Assembly: GCA_963675595.2 (NCBI GenBank)
Contig: CAXXLZ010000002.1
Coordinates: 2,752,001-2,816,000 of the forward strand
Length of the DNA: 64,000 nucleotides
Source of the DNA: Thermodesulfobacteriota bacterium
Lineage (GTDB): Bacteria; Desulfobacterota; Desulfarculia; JACQYL01
Direction: 5' to 3'
Both the position numbers and the translations under genes were made by a program. Positions 56,925 to 64,000 of the stretch are shown here, piece by piece (positions within the stretch are counted from its first letter, which is position 1; every line of letters begins with the position of its first letter). The notes under the pieces are model-generated. The model had not been told where the DNA came from and did no database searches. It saw nothing but the letters and a program-made list of their open reading frames with translations.

Positions 56925-57914
56925 TCAAATGATGAAGGGAGCAAACTCCGCTTTGGGGCGGCTCCGGCCTCTTTGAGGCGGGAAGGGGCCGCCGATGGGT
57001 CGAAGCACGACCACCCGAGCTTCCTCCCCTTCCCCTACGTCGCCGTAACTCGCGGCCAAATCCGCCGCGTCCTGCAACTCCCCGGGGGCGGCTCCTTCCG
57101 GCACGAGCACCACGGGACCGGGAATGTCCGCGCATTGGAGCGCCGGAATAGGCTCCGGGGTCAACGACAAAAGGGCGTCGTTTTCCTCTTTGTCCCTTCC
57201 CACCACCAGTTTGAGGCCGGATTTCATGCGAAAGTGTCTTCCCGTTTTAAGGATTTCCATTTCCCAAACCTCGGGTCGGGGACCCCGGTGAGTGAAAAGA
57301 TCCCTCAGTCGGCGGGAAAAAACCTCTTCGGTCAGGCGGCATCCCCCAGCGGGCGCCGGATAGGACTCCAATCCCAGTTCCTCGGCGAGAGCTATTTGGG
57401 GTTTACGGGACCTGCCCTTGAAATCCGGGAGCAGTGAACGATCCACCCACCCCTGTTCCTCGGGAAAGGTTTCGGCAAGGCAACGAGCGCTCAAGGGACG
57501 CAGCAGTCGCGCCCCGATCCCCGATTCCCGAGCCACCTGCGCCAGGGAACGGAGCGTTTGCGACATGGGCCGCTGGCCCAGCACCTCCCCCGTAAATACG
57601 AAATGCGCCTCCTGCGGCCCCATCAACTCTCCCGCAATGCGCACCATGAGCGTATGGCAGTCGATGCAGGGATTCATGTTTCTGCCGAAGCCGTGTTTCG
57701 GGGCGGCCAGCATGTCCAGATATCGGTCCGTGATGTCCGTTACGATGAGGGGAATGCCCGTTCTCTCAGAGGCATCGCGTGCGTTGCGGTCTCCGAAGAA
57801 AGGTGTGCGGAAACACACCTGAACCACTTCGATTCCTTGATGTTTCAACACAAGGGCGGCCAGAGTGCTGTCCAATCCTCCCGACGTGAGGCCGATGGCT
57901 TTGATTCTCTGCAT
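56925..57914 (-). CDS. PP-loop tRNA thiolation-type protein (ThiI/MnmA-like)
   Basis: SGGLDS, NPCIDCH, TGEVLGQRPMSQ, PAGGC, GRHFR. Confidence 0.8.
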   Translation of the reverse strand: MQRIKAIGLTSGGLDSTLAALVLKHQGIEVVQVCFRTPFFGDRNARDASERTGIPLIVTDITDRYLDMLAAPKHGFGRNMNPCIDCHTLMVRIAGELMGPQEAHFVFTGEVLGQRPMSQTLRSLAQVARESGIGARLLRPLSARCLAETFPEEQGWVDRSLLPDFKGRSRKPQIALAEELGLESYPAPAGGCRLTEEVFSRRLRDLFTHRGPRPEVWEMEILKTGRHFRMKSGLKLVVGRDKEENDALLSLTPEPIPALQCADIPGPVVLVPEGAAPGELQDAADLAASYGDVGEGEEARVVVLRPIGGPFPPQRGRSRPKAEFAPFII

Positions 57915-58004
57915 GGATAGGATATTATTCCGGAAACGGAACCCGAATCAACCGGTGAGTCCGCAAAGAGAGCGACATGAAAATACTGTGAGAGGATACC
58001 CGGC

Positions 58005-58604
58005 GTGATTGAGGCCGTGCTGTTCGACTTTGATGGAACGCTTACCCGGCCCGGAGCCATCGATTTTCGAGCCATTAAACAACGACTGGGCTGCCCGGAA
58101 ACCGAAGCGCTCCTTGAATTCATCGACCGCCTCGACCCTTCTTTCGGGCTTGAGGCTATGAGGATTCTCGAAGAAATGGAGCTTGAGGCCGCCCACCGCG
58201 CCCAACCCAACGAGGGGGCTCTGGAGCTGCTCTCGGCCATGAAACGGGAGGACATGCCTTTCGGCCTTCTGAGCCGCAACAGGGCGGCCGCCATCGAGGT
58301 TTCTCTCCGAGCCTTTCCAGGGATGTCGCTTTCGGATTTCGCCGCCGTCATCACCCGCGAACAGGCCCCGCCCAAGCCGGACCCGGCGGGGGTGCTCCTG
58401 GCCTCGTCCCGAATGGGCGTCACCCCCGGCAACCTATTGTTGGTGGGGGATTATCGTTTCGACATCATCGCGGGCCAACGAGCGGGCACCCGCACCGCGT
58501 TTCTCACCAACGGCCGGGCTTCGCAGCCGGTTCCGGGCGACCCCGTTCCCGACTTCCGGATCGAGCGTCTGCGACAGATCCACACGCTCCTGAATCTCGA
58601 TTGA
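58005..58604 (+). CDS. HAD-superfamily hydrolase
   Basis: FDFDGTL, SRN, KPDP, VGDYRFD. Confidence 0.9.
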   Translation: MIEAVLFDFDGTLTRPGAIDFRAIKQRLGCPETEALLEFIDRLDPSFGLEAMRILEEMELEAAHRAQPNEGALELLSAMKREDMPFGLLSRNRAAAIEVSLRAFPGMSLSDFAAVITREQAPPKPDPAGVLLASSRMGVTPGNLLLVGDYRFDIIAGQRAGTRTAFLTNGRASQPVPGDPVPDFRIERLRQIHTLLNLD

Positions 58605-58832
58605 GTCCGGCAACGCACCGGGCGGCCGCTCTACGCCGACCTCCCCGCTCCTCGCTCCGTTTTTCCAAGAAAGACGCCGGGCGTTTCCGCTTACTTCACC
58701 CCGTCCATATGCCCGAGAAGAACTTTGTATTCCAACGGGCACAATGCGAGGATACCAAGCACCGAAAGGGGGCCGCCGACCGGGCCGCCGCAGGCGACGG
58801 CGTTCAAAAGTTGTAGGTTTTGTAAATTTTTC

Positions 58833-58859
58833 TAAAGTTATACGTACGTTTTCCGATGG
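58833..58859 (+). promoter_or_regulatory. Putative sigma28 (FliA) promoter
   Basis: TAAAGTTA-11 nt-TCCGATGG versus consensus TAAAGTTT-N11-GCCGATAA. Confidence 0.6.
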
Positions 58860-58985
58860 TCTAATTGCAGCAGAGATGAAACTTACAGGCTGAACAAGGA
58901 GGTTCTTATGCCGTAGAGCATCAAGGCTTGGGCCGCCGGAATGGACCCTAGGGATTAGTGGTCTGACTGCACAGGGAGGTGTGGA

Positions 58986-59363
58986 ATGTTCACTTCCGGT
59001 CTTCATCTGCTGATTAACGTTCCACCAGAGAAGAAGTACACTTCCACGCAGGTCAGCTCCCAACTTAACGTCCCCCGGAGTACCCTCAGGTATTGGGAAA
59101 AGGAATTCGCCGAATTCATCTCGACCCAGGAAACCAGTGGGAAACACCGCAGGTATGGTCCCCGTGAAATCGAGGTACTCAAGGAGATCCAGGATCTCCT
59201 CGAAAACAAGCAGTATACCATTGCGGGCGCCAAACGCAGGATGCGGATCAATCGGGACAACGGCAGCTTCGAGCGAGTACTGAATCGAGCCGTTCAGGAA
59301 GTCGAAGGAGGCAAGACCCTATCGGAAGTCGCCTCCAGGATGAAAAGAAGACTCGATCTGTAA
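58986..59363 (+). CDS. MerR-family HTH regulator
   Basis: STLRYWEKEF, GKHRRY, YTIAGAK; SD gggaggt. Confidence 0.9.
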   Translation: MFTSGLHLLINVPPEKKYTSTQVSSQLNVPRSTLRYWEKEFAEFISTQETSGKHRRYGPREIEVLKEIQDLLENKQYTIAGAKRRMRINRDNGSFERVLNRAVQEVEGGKTLSEVASRMKRRLDL

Positions 59364-59621
59364 GCTCGACGCCGAACCCCTTCCGGAAACTGTTTCCCCG
59401 GATCACCGGCATGCATTGCCGGCCGCGGGAAGGTAGAGCCGGAAGAACCGTGGGGAATAGGGAGCGCACCGGCAACAGGTGCTAGGAAATCACGCGGAAA
59501 CGCATGACCCCGGGACCCTCAAAAAGGGACCGGGCAGGATGAGCGGGTGCGGTTTCGAATCACGAGACCGCTTCGGGAAGAAACTTGAACCGGTGGAACG
59601 GTCGGCAGGCGAAAGCAACGA

Positions 59622-59660
59622 CTCGCATGGTCCCAAGGGCCATGCGAGCTCTTTCCTTCC
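59622..59660 (+). terminator. Strong hairpin, probable terminator
   Basis: ctcgcatggtcc-caa-gggccatgcgag then ctctttccttcc. Confidence 0.6.
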
Positions 59661-59748
59661 GCGCCGAGACGACTCCCGCTTCGCGGCAATTCCTCATGGA
59701 CTCCCACGTGGAGCATCCTCACCGAAAGACCAAGCTATCCCGTCGCCT

Positions 59749-60108
59749 TCAGGATTCCCGTTCGCGAACGTGGACGAGCCCTTGGTCGATCAGACCCCGG
59801 ATGTGGTCGTCATCAAGGGAATAATAGACCATCTTGCCCTGTTTTCGATATTTTACCAGGCGCAAATTACGCAGCAGACGCAGCTGATGGCTGGTGGCCG
59901 ATTCGGACAGATCGAGCAGTGCGGAAAGATCGCACACGCAGAGCTCTTCCGCCGCCAGGGCCATAAGAATTCTCAGGCGGGACGGTTCCCCCATGATTTT
60001 AAAGGTTTCGGCCAAGCGCCGAGTGTCGTTCTCCTCCGCGAGCCCGTCTCTCGCCTTTTCCACCCGTTCGTGGTGGACCATGCGGACTTCACAAATATCT
60101 TCCCGCAC
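59749..60108 (-). CDS. ArsR/SmtB metalloregulator (CadC/ZiaR-like)
   Basis: ELCVCDL, SATSHQLRLLR, VYYSLDDDH...H. Confidence 0.92.
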   Translation of the reverse strand: MREDICEVRMVHHERVEKARDGLAEENDTRRLAETFKIMGEPSRLRILMALAAEELCVCDLSALLDLSESATSHQLRLLRNLRLVKYRKQGKMVYYSLDDDHIRGLIDQGLVHVRERES

Positions 60109-60152
60109 CCTAGCGGCTTCCTTTCCGGACTTTGAAGACCGGACGCTCGGAG

Positions 60153-61304
60153 CTACAGCGCACCGATGAGTCGGGCGATGACCAAACGCTGAACCTCGGA
60201 CGTTCCTTCACCGATTTCGAGCAATTTTTGATCCCGATAAAAACGTTCAACATCGTATTCCTGCATGAGGCCGTACCCGCCGTGGAGTTGTACCGCGTGG
60301 TTTACGCATTCCCGCATGACTTCCGAGCAATATAGTTTGGCCATGGCGGAAACCTTGGTGAAATTCTGTCCTGTTTGACAAAGCCAGCACGCCTTGTACA
60401 ACAGGAGCCTGGCGGTTTCGATGGACGTGGCCATGTCCGCCAGCTTGAAGGCGTTCACCTGAAATCGTCCGATGGGCTGCCCAAACTGGATCCTCTCGCC
60501 GGCATATTTCAAGGCCAGATCCAAAGCCCCTTGAGCTCCGCCCAAACCCATGGCTCCGATACTCAACCGACCTCGATCCAGAGTCCCGAGCATCTGCTGG
60601 AAACCTCTGCCTCTCGCACCCAGCAGGTTTTCTTCCGGAACCCGACAATCGTCGAAGTACAATTCACTGGTGTTGCTCGCCCTCCACATCATCTTGTTGT
60701 GCATCGGTCTGGCTGTAAATCCGGGGGTCCCATTCTCCACCAGGACGCAACTCAATTCTTTCTTGCCGTTCTCCCCGGCCCCGGTCTTGCACAGAATGGT
60801 GGAACCCCGGGTAATGTCCGTGGAAGCGTTGGTGATGAAAATCTTGCTCCCGTTGATCACCCATCCTTTACCGTCGGGCTTGGCCGTGGTCTGGGTATTG
60901 CCCGCGTCGGACCCGGCATTGGGCTCCGTGAGTCCGAATCCCCAGAGCGCCTTGCCGGAGCACAAGTCGGGCAGGTACTTCCGTTTCTGCTCTTCGTTTC
61001 CATAATAATACAGGGGGCCGATGCCCAAAGAATTGGCCGCGGCCACCGTGGCCCCGTGAGAACCGTCCACACGAGCCACCTCCTCAACGGCGATGATATA
61101 GGAAAGATAGTCCATTTCCTGGCCGCCGTATTCTTCGGACACGAACATGCCGAAAAGGCCCAACTCCCCCATGGCTTTCATGGTTTCGTAAGAGAATTCC
61201 TCCTTCCGATCCAGCTCTTGGACTACGGGCTTGATCACTTTCAAGGCGAATTCACGAACCGATTTCCTCAAGATTTCCTGTTCCGTGGAAAGCGAGAAAT
61301 CCAT
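60153..61304 (-). CDS. Acyl-CoA dehydrogenase
   Basis: FGLTEPNAGSDA, INGSKIFITN, RIQFGQPI, QLHGGYG, EIGEGTSEVQR. Confidence 0.95.
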   Translation of the reverse strand: MDFSLSTEQEILRKSVREFALKVIKPVVQELDRKEEFSYETMKAMGELGLFGMFVSEEYGGQEMDYLSYIIAVEEVARVDGSHGATVAAANSLGIGPLYYYGNEEQKRKYLPDLCSGKALWGFGLTEPNAGSDAGNTQTTAKPDGKGWVINGSKIFITNASTDITRGSTILCKTGAGENGKKELSCVLVENGTPGFTARPMHNKMMWRASNTSELYFDDCRVPEENLLGARGRGFQQMLGTLDRGRLSIGAMGLGGAQGALDLALKYAGERIQFGQPIGRFQVNAFKLADMATSIETARLLLYKACWLCQTGQNFTKVSAMAKLYCSEVMRECVNHAVQLHGGYGLMQEYDVERFYRDQKLLEIGEGTSEVQRLVIARLIGAL

Positions 61305-61680
61305 GTCGGCTCCTCTGTGCAATGGGTGGCGGCACCATGGGGGAAAACGAAACGACTATAGGCAGCGGCCCGATGCCCTGTCAATCAAAAAGCCGGTGCC
61401 CGTGAACCGCCCATTGCCTTCTTTTGCTTGTTATTTCCACAAGTAAGAGGGCGAAGGCTTCCATGCGGACGGACACGTCGCGCGCAGCGAAGAACCACTG
61501 GAATCGCCTGCCGGAGTTCAGGCCCTCGGCTTGATCTTTGGCCGATCACGAGGTAATGAAAAGAGCCGGGTAAGCGTCTTAGGGGCGTTTTTCCCCGGTA
61601 AGGACGGGTTGGAGCAATCATCCGACCCGGCTCTCAAGCCGCCCGTTCCGGGCTCCATTATCCATCCACGAGGAAACCAC

Positions 61681-62910
61681 ATGTCTTTTCAACGCATATC
61701 CGCCCGGCTCGACCAAATGGTCCCGGAAATGATTGAATGGCAAAGACGACTGACCGCCATCCCGGCTCTCGGCCCGGACAACGGCGGGGACGGAGAAGAA
61801 GAGAAGGCTCGATTCCTGCGGGAGGCGATGAAGGCTCTCCGGCCTGATGAGACCCACGAGATCAATGCACCCGACAAGCGCGTTTCATGCGGTTTTCGCC
61901 CCAATCTCGCCTATATTTGGAAAGGCTCCGATTCAAGCCGCAAAATCTGGGTGCTCACCCACATGGACATTGTGCCTCCGGGCGAACTCCGGCTGTGGGA
62001 CGGCGATCCCTATGTGCTGCGCGTGGCCGGGGACCGAATTCACGGCAGGGGAGTGGAGGACAACCAGCACGATCTGGTTTCTTCGGTCATGGGCGTCAAG
62101 GCGCTTCTCGACGAAGGTCTGCGCCCCAAGTACGACGTGGGCCTGATGTTCGTCTCGGACGAGGAAACCGGAAGTCGGTACGGGCTGAAATATGTCCTTG
62201 AAGAACGGCCCGGCTTCTTCAAGGATCATGACCTCATCGTGGTGCCCGACATGGGCAATGAAGAGGGAACGCTCGTCGAAGTGGCGGAAAAGAGCATGCT
62301 CTGGATGCGCTTTCGAGTTCTCGGAAAGCAATGCCACGCCAGCACGCCTGCAAACGGGGTCAACTCCCTGAAAGCCGCAGCCGGCCTTATTCTGGCTCTG
62401 GACCGACTGCACTCGATTTTCAGCGATCGAGACCCGGTGTTCGATCCTCCTGAAAGTACTTTCGAGTGCACGAAGAAAGAGGCCAACGTCCCCAATGTGA
62501 ACACCATTCCGGGAGAGGACGTATTTTATATGGACAGCCGGATCCTTCCCGGATACGACCTCAAAGACATCCTTGAGGAAGTGGATCGGATCCGCCTGGA
62601 AACGGAAGCGAAATACGGGGTGACCATTGAAGCCGGTCCGGTGATGAACGACCAGGCCGCACCGCCGACGGATCCCGCTTCACCCGTGGTTTTGAGTCTG
62701 GTGGAAGCCGTCAAGGCGGTTACGGGAACCAACGCTGCGCCCGGGGGAGTGGGCGGAGGCACCGTGGCGGCCTTTTTCCGTCGAGCGGGACTTCCCGCGG
62801 CAGTGTGGTGCACATCCAACGATACCGCCCATCAGCCCAACGAATATTGCACCCTGAACTCCATGCTCACGGACGCCAAGGTGTTCGCCCACCTCTTTCT
62901 CAACCCCTGA
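61681..62910 (+). CDS. M20 family metallohydrolase (ArgE/DapE-like)
   Basis: THMDIVP, GRGVEDN, SDEETGS, CHAS, AHQPNEY. Confidence 0.9.
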   Translation: MSFQRISARLDQMVPEMIEWQRRLTAIPALGPDNGGDGEEEKARFLREAMKALRPDETHEINAPDKRVSCGFRPNLAYIWKGSDSSRKIWVLTHMDIVPPGELRLWDGDPYVLRVAGDRIHGRGVEDNQHDLVSSVMGVKALLDEGLRPKYDVGLMFVSDEETGSRYGLKYVLEERPGFFKDHDLIVVPDMGNEEGTLVEVAEKSMLWMRFRVLGKQCHASTPANGVNSLKAAAGLILALDRLHSIFSDRDPVFDPPESTFECTKKEANVPNVNTIPGEDVFYMDSRILPGYDLKDILEEVDRIRLETEAKYGVTIEAGPVMNDQAAPPTDPASPVVLSLVEAVKAVTGTNAAPGGVGGGTVAAFFRRAGLPAAVWCTSNDTAHQPNEYCTLNSMLTDAKVFAHLFLNP

Positions 62911-62945
62911 GGCCTGCCGAGAATATTTCCCTGAAAGGAGGCGCT

Positions 62946-63836
62946 ATGCATATTCAATCGCCCGGACGAATCAACGACCGGCTGTTGTTCCTCGGAGACT
63001 CCAAAATCTGCATGTATCTGCTTATGGGGGAAAACTACCTGCTGATCGGTGGAGGCATGTCTTTTTCACCTCCGGCGGTGGAAAAGCAACTGGACGAACA
63101 CGGCATCGACAGAGAGCGCCTGAACGGCCTTCTCATCCTGCATTCCCATTTCGATCACTGCACCGCGGCGCCCTATTTCCGGAAGGCCTATCCCGGATTG
63201 CGCATCTACGCCTCCGGAGAGGCTCGTCGAATTTTCGAGAAACCCAAGGCTGTCGGGCTCATCGCACAATTCGAGGGCCGGGCGCGAGAAAACAGAGGCG
63301 TGCCGCCCGAGTTCAACGGAATTCCCTTGTCGTTCGACGGGCTCCAGGTGGATCAAACCGTGTCGGACGGAGACGTCATCTCCCTGGGAGTTGACCTGTC
63401 CGTTCGAATATTCGAGACGCCCGGACACAGCAAATGCAGTCTGACGGCCTATTCTCCGGAACTCAAGCTCCTCTTTCCGTCCGACGGTGCGCCGCTTCCC
63501 CTGAGGGAAGGAGAGCCGCCCGTGATCATGGCCAACGACGACTTCCCGGCATACATCCGTTCTTTGGAGCGGTTACAGGACCTGGAAACCGAGTACTGCG
63601 CGTTCGAGCACGGCGGAGTGCTGGCAGGAGAGGAAGCTCGAAATTTTGTCAAAGAAGGGCTCGAACAGGCCCGTTACCTTAGGACCAACCTCCAAACGCG
63701 GCTGGCCCACGGCGATTCGGAGACCGACATCGCCGGCGAGATCGCGGCGGACGCCGGACGTGAAGGCAGCCTCGACTTCATCCCCGACGACGTTCTGCAT
63801 CATGTGATTCAACACATGGTGAAAACCGCGAAATAG
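62946..63836 (+). CDS. MBL-fold metallohydrolase
   Basis: HSHFDH, TPGHS, FPSD, EHGG; SD aaggagg. Confidence 0.88.
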   Translation: MHIQSPGRINDRLLFLGDSKICMYLLMGENYLLIGGGMSFSPPAVEKQLDEHGIDRERLNGLLILHSHFDHCTAAPYFRKAYPGLRIYASGEARRIFEKPKAVGLIAQFEGRARENRGVPPEFNGIPLSFDGLQVDQTVSDGDVISLGVDLSVRIFETPGHSKCSLTAYSPELKLLFPSDGAPLPLREGEPPVIMANDDFPAYIRSLERLQDLETEYCAFEHGGVLAGEEARNFVKEGLEQARYLRTNLQTRLAHGDSETDIAGEIAADAGREGSLDFIPDDVLHHVIQHMVKTAK

Positions 63837-63917
63837 GTCGGTCGAAGATTCCTCTCCGGTCTCCGCGACGGCTCTGACCATGTTGAAAACCGCGGAGACC
63901 GAACCATTTCGCATGCG

Positions 63918-64000
63918 TTACCAGAGCACCACGAACTTCCTGCCTTCCCTAAGTTCTCCCCTGAGTTTTTCCATATGTCTCAGGGAGGCAATTTCCCGTT
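63918..64000 (-). CDS. 3' end of a CDS entering from the right edge
   Basis: Open frame ...REIASLRHMEKLRGELREGRKFVVLW-TAA; inverted repeat cggtctccgcg/cgcggagaccg at 63857-63901 between convergent genes. Confidence 0.45.
   Translation of the reverse strand, partial: REIASLRHMEKLRGELREGRKFVVLW

Noticed and set aside
58908-58988. Amber (pyrrolysine) readthrough extending MerR at the N-terminus
   Set aside because: Needs two TAG readthroughs; merR has its own strong SD; no pyl genes in the window
59376-59450. Fragments resembling a cobalamin riboswitch (aactgt, gggaagg, gagccggaaga)
   Set aside because: The 5' core is missing and no plus-strand gene lies downstream
63814-63895. Near-direct 16-nt repeat catg(g/t)tgaaaaccgcg
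   Set aside because: Only two copies and no mobile-element or CRISPR context; probably chance or a tiny local duplication
1-64000. tRNA, rRNA, CRISPR arrays, IS elements, prophage
   Set aside because: No such signatures were recognised by eye; a covariance-model scan was not possible

Overview
GC-rich bacterial chromosome segment whose gene content (HdrABC, TRAP, DUF169, deltaproteobacterial-type porin, TauE) fits an anaerobic Desulfobacterota/deltaproteobacterium; the taxon is inferred. Left to right: an AttEFGH-like ABC exporter plus CrtC/lipocalin-like protein; two tandem secreted paralogs; cobQ, nitrilase and TatD; a large S8 protease with an adjacent outer-membrane beta-barrel; a HEAT/CPBP pair; a TRAP-SDR-acyl-CoA ligase operon; an FG-GAP protein; a GT2/ArnT/PAP2 envelope-modification cluster; a porin; a minus-strand hdrCBA-lipoyl carrier-lipoate ligase-LipS2-like radical SAM-Mrp-TauE cluster; then housekeeping genes (plsY, coaE, miaA, mutL, truA, argC, rpsI, rplM) and regulators. 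No tRNA, rRNA, CRISPR array or transposase was seen. Two candidate undescribed systems stand out. (1) A ~95-aa 'DGxWKD...NxYxQxY...FxxFLD...DG' N-terminal domain occurs four times in three secreted proteins, next to an OM barrel. (2) HdrABC is linked to an LbpA-type lipoyl carrier and its lipoylation enzymes, with no MvhD or Flx partner. Also noted: a sigma28-like promoter with a GGA-rich leader and a GGA-rich structured 3' region around a MerR gene, and three small proteins under 60 aa that the ORF track missed or started too early. Family assignments come from motif recognition, not database searches.
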